From: an uncultured Gammaproteobacteria bacterium
GTDB lineage: Bacteria > Pseudomonadota > Gammaproteobacteria > UBA9214
Length of the DNA stretch: 64,000 nucleotides
NCBI GenBank assembly: GCA_963773065.1
Contig: CAVYZN010000031.1
Coordinates: 1 to 64,000 of the forward strand
Reading direction: 5' to 3'
The notes beneath the pieces are model-generated. The model was not told the DNA's origin, made no database searches, and saw only the letters and a list, made by a program, of their open reading frames with translations. Shown here piece by piece: positions 1-11,242 of this stretch (the stretch's first letter is position 1; each line of letters starts with the position of its first letter). Position numbers and translations under genes: made by a program.

Positions 1-967
1 TGTTCTCCTGGGCAATCTGGCTGCCCTGGTGAGGGACGCGCGCACCGGCAGCGGGAACCGGGTTGGTGATCTCTATTTCCACCAGACCATCACGCAAGCG
101 ACCAGCGACGCGGATCGTCCCCCCCATCGGCAGCTGCTCGATGCCATGGTAAATGGCGTTCTCCAGCAGGGGCTGCAGCATCAGCGGCGCCACTTTCACG
201 TCCAGCGGCAGCGCGTCCATGTCCCACGCCACCGCCAGCCGGTCGCCGAGGCGCAGTGACTCGATATTCAGATAGCGCCGCGCCAGTGCCAGCTCATCGC
301 CCAGGGTGGTCCGGTCATCCGCCTGACCGAGAGAGGCGCGGAACAGATCGGACAAGTCCTCGATGGCCGCCTCGGCGACCACCGGCTGGGAACGCGTCAA
401 CGCGGCAATCGTATTCATGCTGTTGAAAAGGAAATGCGGGCGTATCCGCGCCTGCAGCGCCTGGATCCGCGCCCGCGCCTCCGCCTGCAACTGCTGGCGC
501 CACTGGTGCTGCACATACAGGTAGCGCAGAATGACGGCGGCGATAACGGTGCTGATGGTCAGGTTGCGCAACAAGAATACCGCATGCTCCCCGGCATCGA
601 CTGGGATTATCATCGTAACCGACTCCTGCAGCCGGAAGGCCATTTCACTCACCGCTGCGGTAACCAGCAACACCAGCAGATAACTGGCCAGCGCGGCCGC
701 GATGTTACCCAGGCGGTACAACAACGGCCGCGCCAGGCAGAGAACGGCCGCGCTGGTCAGCGCAATCCATTGCATAAACAGGGAAATCAAACCCAGACCG
801 CTCCAGGGATCTCCCAGCAAACCGGGACTGACCAGCACCAGTACAAAGGCCAGCAACTCGGTCATGACGATCACCGCGAACACGATGCGCACACCGCAGA
901 AGCTGGGCAGGAAAAACGGCTCATCCGGCACGACCTTTGCGTTTTCGGGAAGCGTCGTCTGGATCAT
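1..967 (-). CDS. algZ: LytS-family sensor histidine kinase (AlgZ/FimS-like), runs off the window edge
   Basis: Manual minus-strand translation from ATG at 967 gives FFLPSFC, TM segments, [20 protein letters not shown] and [12 protein letters not shown]. Divergent from argH, as in Pseudomonas. Not in the ORF track because there is no stop inside the window. Confidence 0.85.
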   Translation of the reverse strand, partial: MIQTTLPENAKVVPDEPFFLPSFCGVRIVFAVIVMTELLAFVLVLVSPGLLGDPWSGLGLISLFMQWIALTSAAVLCLARPLLYRLGNIAAALASYLLVLLVTAAVSEMAFRLQESVTMIIPVDAGEHAVFLLRNLTISTVIAAVILRYLYVQHQWRQQLQAEARARIQALQARIRPHFLFNSMNTIAALTRSQPVVAEAAIEDLSDLFRASLGQADDRTTLGDELALARRYLNIESLRLGDRLAVAWDMDALPLDVKVAPLMLQPLLENAIYHGIEQLPMGGTIRVAGRLRDGLVEIEITNPVPAAGARVPHQGSQIAQEN

Positions 968-1080
968 GCCAGCAGTTTCATCATAATCGCGTCATGCCGC
1001 AAGCAGGGAGGCTGGCCGGGAACCACAAATACCCTGTGGATTGGTTATACTGCGCTGATACAGGTTTGCTGGTTTGGATC

Positions 1081-2484
1081 ATGATGGAAAATAACTCCTC
1101 GGAAAAACCCTGGGGCGGCCGGTTTACCGAGTCGACCGACGCCTTTGTCGAGGCCTACACGGCCTCGATCGGTTTCGATCACCGCTTGTACCGCTTCGAC
1201 ATCGCCGGGTCGATCGCCCACGCCCGCATGCTGGCCCATGTCGGCATCATATCCGAAACGGAGGGTAGGAAGATCGTGGACGGGCTTGAGGCCATACGCC
1301 TGGATATCGAACAGGGCAATTTCGCCTGGTCGGTTGCTCTCGAAGACGTTCACATGAATATCGAGGCCCGCCTGATCGACCGGATCGGGGAGACCGGCAA
1401 AAAACTGCACACCGGCCGCTCGCGCAATGATCAGGTGGCCACCGACCTGCGGCTGTATCTGCGCGAGGAGATCGATGTCCTGTGTGTTGAGTTGACCCGC
1501 CTGCAGGCGGGTCTGCTGGAACTCGCCGAGCGGGAAGTCGATACCATCCTGCCCGGATTTACCCACCTGCAGGTCGCCATGCCGGTCAGCTTCGGGCATC
1601 ACCTGCTCGCCTGGATTGAAATGCTGGAGCGGGACCATCAGCGGCTGCTGGAGTGCCGGCGGCGTGTCAATATCATGCCGCTGGGTGCGGCGGCGCTGGC
1701 GGGTACGAGTTTTCCGATCGACCGGGCCTATACGGCGCGGTTGCTGGGCTTTGACTCCCCGGCAGCCAACTCGCTCGACGCCGTCAGCGACCGGGATTTT
1801 GCCATTGAATTCTGCAGCGCGGCTGCCCTGGTTATGGTACATCTATCGCGGTTCTCGGAAGAACTGATACTCTGGTCATCGGCACAATTCAACTTTATTG
1901 AACTGCCCGACCGTTTCTGCACAGGCTCCAGCATCATGCCACAGAAAAAAAATCCCGATGTCCCGGAACTGGTGCGCGGCAAGAGCGGCCGGGTAACCGG
2001 CAATCTGGTCAGCCTGCTCGTCCTCATGAAGGGACAGCCGCTGGCGTATAACAAGGACAACCAGGAAGACAAGGAACCCCTATTCGACAGCGTGGACACC
2101 CTGAAGGGTTCGCTGCGGGTTTTTGCCGACATGATGCCCGCCCTGCGGGTGAACCGGACACGCATGACCGCGGCGGCCCGGCAGGGCTTTTCAACCGCGA
2201 CCGACCTTGCCGACTACCTGGTGCGCAAGGGAATCGCCTTCCGTGATGCCCACGAGATCGTCGGCCGCGCGGTTCTCTATGGCGTGAACAACGCCAAGGA
2301 CCTGTCCGAAATGACGCTGCAGGAACTGCGGACGTTTTCCGGGGTGATAGACGAGGACATATTTCAGGTGCTGAGCCTGGAAGGTTCCGTCGCGGCCCGC
2401 AATCATCCCGGGGGGACCGCGCCGCAACAGGTGCGCGGCGCCATCGCCCTGGTCAAATCGCGTCTTGCCGAACGGCGGGGCTGA
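1081..2484 (+). CDS. argH: argininosuccinate lyase
   Basis: [20 protein letters not shown] and [12 protein letters not shown] motifs. Confidence 0.97.
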   Translation: MMENNSSEKPWGGRFTESTDAFVEAYTASIGFDHRLYRFDIAGSIAHARMLAHVGIISETEGRKIVDGLEAIRLDIEQGNFAWSVALEDVHMNIEARLIDRIGETGKKLHTGRSRNDQVATDLRLYLREEIDVLCVELTRLQAGLLELAEREVDTILPGFTHLQVAMPVSFGHHLLAWIEMLERDHQRLLECRRRVNIMPLGAAALAGTSFPIDRAYTARLLGFDSPAANSLDAVSDRDFAIEFCSAAALVMVHLSRFSEELILWSSAQFNFIELPDRFCTGSSIMPQKKNPDVPELVRGKSGRVTGNLVSLLVLMKGQPLAYNKDNQEDKEPLFDSVDTLKGSLRVFADMMPALRVNRTRMTAAARQGFSTATDLADYLVRKGIAFRDAHEIVGRAVLYGVNNAKDLSEMTLQELRTFSGVIDEDIFQVLSLEGSVAARNHPGGTAPQQVRGAIALVKSRLAERRG

Positions 2485-2551
2485 AGCGGCGGCATCGATA
2501 CCCATTAGCCATTCCAGTCAGATTGCATAACCAGGTAAGTAACCAGCTTGC

Positions 2552-3380
2552 ATGTTGAACACCCTCACACTTGAAGAAGCCGCCGCCCTGCTGGATGCCT
2601 GTCCGCTGGCCATCCTGCTGCTCGATCGGGCCGGTCGCGTACGCGCCTACAACCGCGCCTTCGCCAGCCTCGCGGGCGATGCAGCCGGCGCAATGCTCGC
2701 CTTGCCGGAAAACCTGCGGAAAGAGGAACTGCTGGGGCCCTTGCTGGGCCGGGGCGCGCTGGTCAACTGGATCATGCCGGATGGCGATGAACGCTGGCTC
2801 GCGGTGGAATCCCTGTCCCTGGCGGGCAACGCCGGAGGCACGGCGCGTTTCTACCTCGATGTCACCGAAAAGCTGCGTCTGCGCAAGGAACGTGATGAAC
2901 TCGCCGCCGCCTTGCAAGAACACTCATTCAAGGATGAAATCCTGACCAGCCTGATGAACCGGCGTGGCATCCTGCACTCGCTGGAACCCCTGGTGGCGCG
3001 CAGCCGGCGTTACGACAGCCCGTTGTCCGTCATCGCGATGGGGATCGAGGCGCAACCGAGAGGCGCGAGAAACTGCTGGTCAGGATCAGTCATCTGTTGA
3101 AGGATCAGACCCGCTGGGCCGACCTGGTCGGCTGTAACGACGGTCATGACTTCCTCCTCATCCTGCAGGATACCACGCGGGAATCCGCGCTACGGCTGGT
3201 CGAAAAGCTGAGCGTCCACCTGGAGCGACTTGCGCACGAGTGTGGCCTTCGCCGTTGAACGCTTGCTATGGCGTCACCCACTGCCTGCGCGATGACGATG
3301 CCAAAACACTGCTGGAACGGGCCGAGGCCGCCCTGGGCACCGCCCGCGAACAACAGAACGGCACGGTGATCACCCTGTGA
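2552..3380 (+). CDS. PAS-like + degenerate GGDEF domain protein (frameshifted)
   Basis: ORF 2552-3100 (PAS-like region, DEILTSLMNRR, RSRRYDSPLS) continues in other frames as QTRWADLVGCNDGHDFLLIL and LLERAEAAL, ending at TGA 3378-3380. Confidence 0.75.
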
Positions 3381-3424
3381 CGCAATGGCCAGCAGGGTGT
3401 AAATAGACCGTATTTAAAGCGCTT

Positions 3425-4119
3425 TCACAGGGGCCGGGCTAGACGATCGGGAGTCAATCGCTTCGCCAGCCAGTCGCGTATGTCCCGTATTTCCTGCGGA
3501 TACACGGCATGGGGCATCGGATAGGAATACCAGTCAACCAGGTAGCCGAGCTGCCGCAGCTGATCACGTGATTGTTCCGCCAGCGACAGCGGGATCAGCG
3601 GATCGGTCACCCCGTGCGCCATCATGATCGGTACCGGGCGGCTCGCCGCGCAGCTCTCCCGGGCCAGCGATTCAGCCAGCGGCAGGTAGCAGGACAATGC
3701 CAGGATGCCGGCAAGCCGCCGGGGATAACGCACGCCGGTATGCAAGGCCATGGCGCCACCCTGGGAAAACCCCGCGAGCACGATGCGCTCCGCCGGTATC
3801 CCGTTCGCCACCTCCCTCTCGATCAGGGCCAGCAACTGCTGTTCCGATTGCCGTATGCCGCGGCTGTCCTCGGCGATACCTGAAATCGGGCGAGAGGACA
3901 TCATACCAGGCCCGCATGACCATGCCGCCATTGATCGTGACGGGACGCGGCGGCGCGTGTGGCAGGACGACGCGCACGCCGATCTCGTCGACGATGCGCA
4001 GTTCCGGGATCAGCGGTTCGAAATCATGCCCATCCGCGCCCAGGCCGTGCAGCCAGATGAGGCAGGCTGCGGTTTTGCGCCGGGTTGATCTCCACGGCAT
4101 CGAGCCATCGGGTCGTCAT
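3425..4119 (-). CDS. phospholipase/carboxylesterase (alpha/beta hydrolase), frameshifted
   Basis: IWLHGLGADGHDF, PVTINGGMVMRAWYD and GFSQGG nucleophile motif split over two ORFs. Confidence 0.9.
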
Positions 4120-4137
4120 GCCCGCTAGTATGCCTCA

Positions 4138-4314
4138 GAGCCTGTGAAAATATCGACGGCCGTCGCGAGGGCGTCGATTGGCGTGCGAGGCAAGGCGCGC
4201 TGCGCGAAAACAAGGGAGTTTGGCGAGCCAAATGACCGAAGTTTTCGCGTGGCGCAACGCCGCCGCAGCCGCAAAGCGGCGTCCGCAGCAGGCTGGCGAT
4301 ATTTTCACAGGCTC
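4138..4314. mobile_element. MITE-like non-autonomous element (IS5-family-like ends)
   Basis: Perfect 18-bp terminal inverted repeats GAGCCTGTGAAAATATCG / CGATATTTTCACAGGCTC, flanked by direct repeat TCA at 4135-4137 and 4315-4317. No transposase ORF. Confidence 0.75.
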
Positions 4315-4387
4315 TCAGTCCGATGGTCCGGCATTGGGTTTGTTGCAGGTCACGCCGTATACTGGCGGCTCTTCACTGGAGCATGCC

Positions 4388-4517
4388 ATGAAAAACCGCC
4401 TGCACTGCCCGTCTCTTGTGGCTGGTGCTGGTCATCGCCGGCACGGTCTTGCCGGATGCGGGCAGAAAGGTCCGCTCTATCTGCCGGATGAGACGGCCGC
4501 AAAAAAAGCACGGTTGA
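4388..4517 (+). CDS. lptM: small lipoprotein LptM/LppL (YifL-like), with apparent indels
   Basis: Lipobox and signature LAGCGQKGPLYLP immediately upstream of lysA-dapF. Confidence 0.8.
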
Positions 4518-4547
4518 CGCACCCGCATTCGACCGCAAATTCACATC

Positions 4548-5805
4548 ATGGACCATTTCACCTACCAGGATGGCCGCCTGCTGGGCGGAGGACATCGACC
4601 TCGGGGACATCGTGCGCCGCGTGGGAACCCCCTGTTACGTCTATTCACGCGCCGCCCTGGAACGTCATTGGCGGGTCTTCGACGCGGCGCTCGTCGGCCA
4701 TGCCCACCTCATCTGCTACGCGGTCAAGGCGAACTCCAACCTGGCCGTTCTGCAGGTGCTGGCGCGCCTGGGGTCGGTTTCGACATCGTCTCGGTCGGCG
4801 AACTGCAGCGCGTCCTGCAGGCCGGCGGGGACCCGTCGCGCGTGGTGTTTTCCGGAGTCGGCAAGCGCGCCGATGAAATGCGCCAGGCGCTGCAAGCCGG
4901 CATCCGCTGCTTCAACGTCGAGTCGGAGAGCGAGCTGCGGCGGCTGAATGAAGCGGCCGGCCAGTGCGGACATTGCCGCCCCCGTGTCGCTGCGCGTCAA
5001 TCCGGACGTGGATGCCGGCACGCACCCCTACATCTCCACCGGCCTGCGGGAAAACAAGTTCGGCATCGCCGTCGACACGGCCCTGGAGACTTACCGGCAG
5101 GCCGCCGCCCTGCCGCACCTGCGCGTCACGGGCATCGACTGTCACATCGGCTCACAACTGACCGATACCCGCCCGTTCGTCGATGCACTGGAGCGTGTCC
5201 TGCGTCTGGTCGGCAAACTGCAGGAGCGAGGGCATCCGGCTGCAGCACATCGACCTGGGCGGCGGTCTCGGCATCCGTTACCAGGCGCAGGACAACGCCC
5301 CCGTCACCGGACGCCTATGTTCGTGCGCTGCTGGAAAAGCTGGGTGACAGCCGGCTGGAGATTCTGCTGGAGCCGGGGCGCGCCATCGTCGGCAACGCCG
5401 GCATCCTGCTGACGCGCGTGGAATACCTGAAACATACGGCTCGACCGGCATTTCGCCATCGTGGACGCGGCCATGAACGATCTGCAGCGCCCGGCGCTCT
5501 ATGACGCCTGGCATGACATCATTCCGGTGCAGCCGCGGCAGGGCGAGCCGACACTGTGCTATGACGTGGTCGGTCCGGTCTGTGAAACCGGCGATTTTCT
5601 CGGCAAGCAGCGTGAACTGGCGCTCGCGGCCGGCGATATCCTGGCCGTACGCTCCGCCGGCGCCTACGGCTTCTCGATGAGCTCCAACTACAATTCGCGG
5701 CCGCGCGCGGCCGAGGTCATGGTGGACGGCAACCGCCTGCACATCATCCGCGAGCGGGAAACCCTCGAAGACCTGTATCGCGGCGAACACCTGCTGCCGG
5801 AATGA
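4548..5805 (+). CDS. lysA: diaminopimelate decarboxylase (multiple frameshifts)
   Basis: [55 protein letters not shown] and SSNYNSRPR distributed over several frames. Confidence 0.95.
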
Positions 5806-5917
5806 ACAGCAATGATTCACCGCAGAGGCGCAGAGAACACAAGGGCAGAACGAGAACCGGAAAAATGAATGGCCTGCCTTGGAATCGTGTATGGAACCAT
5901 GCAGAAAAATGCCTCGG

Positions 5918-5994
5918 AGAGCCTGATGGAACAGGCGGGACCGTCGGCCGCAGGGACGGATTTACGGCGAATCCCGCCTGATCCATCAGGCTCT
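5918..5994. repeat. inverted repeat (23-bp arms, 1 mismatch, 31-nt spacer)
   Basis: AGAGCCTGATGGAACAGGCGGGA (5918-5940) pairs with TCCCGCCTGATCCATCAGGCTCT (5972-5994). Confidence 0.8.
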
Positions 5995-6031
5995 TGGCCC
6001 GTTAGATAGTATTCGTCAATAAACACCATTT

Positions 6032-6115
6032 TCACCGCAAAGACGCAAAGTACGCAGAGAAGTTCTTCAATGAAGACAAATAAACGACTTCGCGAACTTT
6101 GCGTCTCTGCGGTGA
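6032..6115. repeat. imperfect inverted repeat of the TCACCGCAGAGACGCAAAG type
   Basis: TCACCGCAAAGACGCAAAGTACGC (6032) pairs with GCGAACTTTGCGTCTCTGCGGTGA (ending 6115). Related single arms at 5816-5844 and 11187-11212. Confidence 0.75.
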
Positions 6116-6176
6116 GTTTATTATTTATCGACGGACACTAGGAGATGACATTGCTACTGATGGACTTCGTAACGCC

Positions 6177-7010
6177 ATGATGCTGGAATTCTCGAAAATG
6201 CACGGCCTCGGCAACGACTTCGTGGTGATCGACGCGGTCAACCAGAGCCGTTGCCCTGTCCCCGGAACAGGTACGCCGGCTGGCCGACCGGCATCGGGGC
6301 ATCGGCTGCGACCAGTTGCTGCTGGTCGAGCGGCCCGGCGGCGCGCAAGCCGATTTCCGCTACCGCATCTTCAACGCGGACGGCGGCGAGGTGTCCCAGT
6401 GCGGCAACGGGGCGCGCTGTTTCATGCGCTTCGTGCATGACCGGGGCCTGTCGGACAAGCGCGAACTGCGCGTCGAGACGGCGAGCGGACTGCTGTTGCT
6501 GGTCCTGGAAGACGATGGCCAGATCACCGTCAACATGGGCGAACCCCGCCTCGAACCGAGGGATATCCCGTTTGACGCACCGGCTCGCGCACCGACCTAC
6601 ACACTGGAGGTCGCGGGTGAACGACTGGAGATCGCCGCCGTGTCCATGGGCAATCCGCACGCGGTAACCCTGGTGAAGAATGTCGAAACGGCCCCGGTGG
6701 AGCGCCTTGGACCGGCGATCGAACGCCACCCGCGATTTCCCGCAAGGGGTCAATGCGGGGTTCATGCAAATCATCGATTTTGAGCACATACGCCTGCGTG
6801 TCTATCGAACGCGGCGCCGGTGAAACACTGGCGTGCGGCAGCGGCGCCTGTGCCGCCGTGGTCGCGGGCCGGTTATGGGATCAGCTGGCGGCCCGGGTCA
6901 AAGTTGCCCTTCGCGGCGGCGATCTTGTGGTAAGCTGGGCGGGCAGGGGCTACCCGGTGTACATGACCGGGCCTGCAACGCATGTCTTCAGGGGGCGCAT
7001 CGACATATGA
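6177..7010 (+). CDS. dapF: diaminopimelate epimerase (frameshifted)
   Basis: [39 protein letters not shown] and [15 protein letters not shown] in three frames. Confidence 0.95.
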
Positions 7011-7712
7011 CGACATCTCAGCAAACCCAGACCGAGACGCAGCCACTTGAAGAAAGAACGGTCGCCGATTACCTGCGTGACAACCCGGATTTTTTTCAGA
7101 ACAACGCCAGCCTGCTGGCCATGCTGAAAATCCCGCATACCTGCGGCACGGCGGTCTCGCTGGTCGAGCATCAGGTCAAGGTGCTGCGCGACCAGAACCG
7201 ACAGCTGAAACGCAAACTGATGGATCTCGTCCAGGTCGCGCGCGATAACAACCGTCTCACCGAGCGCATGCACCAGTTGACGCTCGGGCTGGTCGAGCGC
7301 CGGCACGCTGGAAGCCCTGCTGGATACCCTGCGGGAACACCTGCAGGGAGAGTTCAACGCGGATACCGTTACCATCCGTCTGGCGGGACTTGCAGGAAGC
7401 CGCGCCCGTGAGTGCGGAGCGGAGCCGTTCACGCCCGGGGCGCCGGAACTGGAATACTTCGAATCCTTCTACAAGACCTGCAAGCCACAATGCGGGCGTT
7501 TCAAACTGGAACAGCTCTCCTATTTATTCGGTGACCAGGCGCCCGCTGTCGGCTCCGCCGCCGTGATTCCCCTGGGCAGTAACGGCGCCACCGGTCTGCT
7601 GGCCATCGGCAGCCAGGAAACCAACCGTTTCCTCCCGGGTATGGGCACCCTGTTTCTCACGCATCTCGGTGAACTGCTGGATATCCTGCTGAGCGATCAC
7701 CTGGATCTATAG
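7007..7712 (+). CDS. DUF484 family protein (YigA-like), frameshifted
   Basis: [25 protein letters not shown] and C-terminal GMGTLFL. Located between dapF and xerC. Confidence 0.85.
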
Positions 7713-7767
7713 CGGCGGCATGCCTGCCCCGCATGCCCTGCTCCCCACACCGCCATCCTGACGCACC

Positions 7768-8685
7768 GTGCCGACTGCGCCGCCACAATGGATCGATCTC
7801 TATCTGCGCCATTTGCAGACGGAACGCCGCCTCTCCGCGCATACCCGCAAACACTACCGGCGTGACCTGATGGAACTGCTTGCGTTCTGCCAGGAGTATG
7901 GGATTGGGAGGTGGTGCGATCTGAACACGCATCACGTCAGGCAATTCGCGGCGCAGGCGCACCGCCGCGGGCTGAGCGGGCGCAGCATCCAGCGCCGCCT
8001 ATCGGCCATACGCGGCTTCTACAACTATCTCCTGCGCGAACGGGAGGTCACCCACAATCCCGGGCACGATGTGAGCGCCCCCAAGACGGCCCGGCGCCTG
8101 CCCGACACCCTGAGTGTCGACGATCTGTCACACCTGCTGACCGCGGAGGCGGAAGATAGTCTGGCCGTGCGTGATCTGGCCATCCTCGAGCTGATGTACT
8201 CATCGGGCCTGCGTCTGAGCGAACTGGTATCACTCGACATCAACGATATGGACCTGGAGGAACGCCTGCTGCGGGTAACCGGCAAGGGCAACAAGACGCG
8301 CGTTGTCCCGATTGGCCGCAAGGCCGTCACGGCGCTGCGGGACTGGCTGCGGCTGCGCACGGCGCAGTTGGCCGAGGGAGTAACGGCGGTTTTTACCGGC
8401 CGATCCGGTCAACGTCTCGGGGCGCGTGCCGTTCAACGGCGCGTGCATCGCTGGGCACAGCGCCGGGGACTGCCGGGCGCTATCCATCCGCATACCCTGC
8501 GCCATTCCTTTGCCAGTCACCTGCTGGAATCGAGCGGCGATCTGCGCGCCGTGCAGGAATTGCTTGGGCACGCGGATATCAGCACCACCCAGATCTATAC
8601 TCACCTGGATTTCCAGCACCTCGCCCGGGTCTACGACAAGGCGCACCCGCGGGCCAGAAAATCATCCAAAAGGGAACCGGATTGA
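7768..8685 (+). CDS. xerC: tyrosine recombinase XerC
   Basis: [15 protein letters not shown] box, [12 protein letters not shown] and [13 protein letters not shown]. Follows dapF-DUF484. Confidence 0.95.
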   Translation: MPTAPPQWIDLYLRHLQTERRLSAHTRKHYRRDLMELLAFCQEYGIGRWCDLNTHHVRQFAAQAHRRGLSGRSIQRRLSAIRGFYNYLLREREVTHNPGHDVSAPKTARRLPDTLSVDDLSHLLTAEAEDSLAVRDLAILELMYSSGLRLSELVSLDINDMDLEERLLRVTGKGNKTRVVPIGRKAVTALRDWLRLRTAQLAEGVTAVFTGRSGQRLGARAVQRRVHRWAQRRGLPGAIHPHTLRHSFASHLLESSGDLRAVQELLGHADISTTQIYTHLDFQHLARVYDKAHPRARKSSKREPD

Positions 8686-8753
8686 ATCTATACAGGCGGT
8701 TGCCCCGGTTGCATGGTGTACAATCATACGCCCTTCGATCTGGAGTCGGCAGG

Positions 8754-9302
8754 GTGGAGCAATTTCGCGGCACAACCATACTCTCGGTCCGCCGTAACGG
8801 CTGCGTGGTAATCGGTGGCGACGGCCAGGTTTCGCTGGGTAATACCGTGATGAAGGGCAACGCCCGCAAGGTACGTCGCCTGTATCAGGACCGGGTGCTC
8901 GCCGGCTTCGCCGGCGGCACGGCCGATGCTTTTACCCTGTTCGAACTGTTCGAGGCCAAGCTGGATAAGCACAGCGGCCACCTGACCCGTGCCGCCGTCG
9001 AACTGGCCAAGGATTGGCGCACCGACAGGATTCTGCGCCGGCTGGAAGCCCTGCTGGCCGTCGCCGATCATGCGACTTCGCTCATCATCAGCGGCAACGG
9101 CGATGTCATCGAACCCGAGCACTCGCTCATGGCCATCGGCTCAGGCGGGGTTTATGCCCAGGCTGCGGCCCGCGCCTTGCTGGAAAATACCGCCATGGAT
9201 GCCCGTTCGATCACACAGAAGTCACTGGAGATCGCCGCGGACATCTGTATCTACACCAACCGCAACCTGCTATTCGAGGAGTTGCACTACCAAGGCGCGT
9301 AA
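8754..9302 (+). CDS. hslV: ATP-dependent protease peptidase subunit HslV
   Basis: [16 protein letters not shown] and [15 protein letters not shown] start at 8754 with GGAG upstream. Confidence 0.96.
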   Translation: MEQFRGTTILSVRRNGCVVIGGDGQVSLGNTVMKGNARKVRRLYQDRVLAGFAGGTADAFTLFELFEAKLDKHSGHLTRAAVELAKDWRTDRILRRLEALLAVADHATSLIISGNGDVIEPEHSLMAIGSGGVYAQAAARALLENTAMDARSITQKSLEIAADICIYTNRNLLFEELHYQGA

Positions 9303-9367
9303 TTTTACCAATGCCTATTTTTAGGTTACTGACTGGTATTAAAAATAACTAATTGTGAAATATAGAA

Positions 9368-10702
9368 ATGTCTGAAATGACCCCGCGCGAGATTGTCCAG
9401 GAGCTGGACAAGCACATCATCGGGCAACAGGCCGCCAAACGCGCCGTGGCCATCGCCTTGCGCAATCGCTGGCGGCGCATGCAGGTTGAAGAACCGCTGC
9501 GCAGTGAAATCACGCCCAAGAACATCCTGATGATCGGCCCGACAGGGGTCGGCAAGACCGAGATCGCACGCCGCCTGGCGCGGCTGGCAAGGGCGCCGTT
9601 CATCAAGATCGAGGCGACCAAGTTTACCGAGATCGGCTACGTCGGCCGCGATGTGGAATCCATCGTCCGCGACCTGGCGGATGCGGCCGTCAAGATGGCG
9701 CGGGAAGAAGCCATGTCCAAGGTTCGCCATCGTGCGGAGGATGCCGCCGAGGAACGGATGCTGGATGCCTTACTGCCCCGCGCCAGAAGCCTGGCCGCCG
9801 ATGACGACCATACCTCAGGCGCGGAATCCGATACCCGCCAGAAGCTGCGCAAGCGCCTGCGCGAGGGTGGTCTGGATGAGCGCGAGATTGAAATAGAAGT
9901 CGCCGCCGCACCTTTCGGCGTCGAAATCATGGCACCGCCGGGCATGGAGGAAATGTCCAGGCAGTTGCAGGGCATGTTCCAGAACATGGCCGGCAGCCGC
10001 ACCCGCGCGCGCAAACTGCGCATCCGCGACGCGCGTAAACTGCTGTGCGATGAGGAAGCGGCGAAATTGATCAACGACGAGGAAATCAAACAAAAGGCCA
10101 TCGAAAACACCGAACAGAACGGCATCGTCTTTCTTGATGAAATCGATAAGGTGACCCGGCGCGGCGAATCCAGCGGGCCGGATGTCTCGCGCGAAGGCGT
10201 GCAGCGCGACCTGCTGCCGCTGGTGGAAGGCAGTACCGTATCGACCAAGCACGGCATGGTCAGAACCGATCACATCCTGTTCATCGCCTCCGGCGCCTTC
10301 CACCTCTCCAAGCCATCCGACCTGATACCGGAACTGCAGGGCCGCCTGCCGATCCGCGTGGAGCTCGATGCCCTGGGCGTGGATGAATTTGTGCGGATAC
10401 TCACCGAACCGGATGCCTCGCTGACCGAGCAGTACGCCGCCCTCATGGCAACCGAGACGGTCACCCTGGAGTTCTCCCCGGACGGCATCAAGCGCATCGC
10501 GGAAATCGCCAGCGACATCAACCGGCGCACGGAAAACATCGGCGCGCGGCGCCTGCACACCGTCATGGAGCGCCTGCTGGAGACCGTCTCCTTCGAAGCA
10601 ACGGACCGCTCCGGCAGCCGCGTCTTGATCGATGCCGCGTATGTGAATGAACATCTCGAACAGTTGGCGAAGGATGAAGACCTGAGCCGGTATATACTCT
10701 AG
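9368..10702 (+). CDS. hslU: ATP-dependent protease ATPase subunit HslU
   Basis: [21 protein letters not shown] and C-terminal DEDLSRYIL. Confidence 0.97.
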   Translation: MSEMTPREIVQELDKHIIGQQAAKRAVAIALRNRWRRMQVEEPLRSEITPKNILMIGPTGVGKTEIARRLARLARAPFIKIEATKFTEIGYVGRDVESIVRDLADAAVKMAREEAMSKVRHRAEDAAEERMLDALLPRARSLAADDDHTSGAESDTRQKLRKRLREGGLDEREIEIEVAAAPFGVEIMAPPGMEEMSRQLQGMFQNMAGSRTRARKLRIRDARKLLCDEEAAKLINDEEIKQKAIENTEQNGIVFLDEIDKVTRRGESSGPDVSREGVQRDLLPLVEGSTVSTKHGMVRTDHILFIASGAFHLSKPSDLIPELQGRLPIRVELDALGVDEFVRILTEPDASLTEQYAALMATETVTLEFSPDGIKRIAEIASDINRRTENIGARRLHTVMERLLETVSFEATDRSGSRVLIDAAYVNEHLEQLAKDEDLSRYIL

Positions 10703-10728
10703 TCAGACCAGACAACCCGGAAGCCACC

Positions 10729-11172
10729 ATGACCAGCACGCCCAAGCCCACTGAAATCAGCCTGCACCAGAAATCGCGTAAACTGGAAATCGCCTTCGAG
10801 GACGGCGCCCGGTTTGAATTGCCCTATGAATACCTGCGGGTCTATTCACCCTCCGCCGAGGTCCAGGGCCATGGTCCCGGGCAGGGGGTGCTGCAAATCG
10901 GCAAGGAAGACGTCACCATCACCCACGTCGATCCGATCGGCAGCTATGCCATCCAGCCGCATTTCGATGACGGTCACGACACCGGCATCTACTCCTGGGA
11001 AACGCTCTACAAGCTGGGCAGGAATCGGGATAAATACTGGGCCGAGTATCTGGGCAGACTGGAAGCGGCGGGGCACAAGCGCAAGGTCACCGGCCTGAGG
11101 GGCCGTGGCGTCAATAACCTTGCGGATGACACGGCCGTAACCTTCACCACAGTCGTGTCACTGAATAAATAA
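10729..11172 (+). CDS. DUF971 / gamma-butyrobetaine hydroxylase-like N-terminal domain protein
   Basis: LPYEYLRVYSPSAEVQGHG and FDDGHDTGIYSW. Typical position between hslU and ubiE. Confidence 0.85.
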   Translation: MTSTPKPTEISLHQKSRKLEIAFEDGARFELPYEYLRVYSPSAEVQGHGPGQGVLQIGKEDVTITHVDPIGSYAIQPHFDDGHDTGIYSWETLYKLGRNRDKYWAEYLGRLEAAGHKRKVTGLRGRGVNNLADDTAVTFTTVVSLNK

Positions 11173-11242
11173 CAGCGGGCTAACCACTGCGTTCTTTGCG
11201 TCTCGGCGTTAATTTCATCGAATGTTCGAGCTAGAGGCCTGT

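Noticed and set aside
5816-6115. Repeat cluster as a CRISPR array
   Set aside because: Repeats are inverted and degenerate, spacing is irregular, and no cas genes are present.
7768-8685. Tyrosine recombinase as a phage or island integrase
   Set aside because: Sequence and dapF-DUF484-xerC synteny identify the housekeeping XerC.
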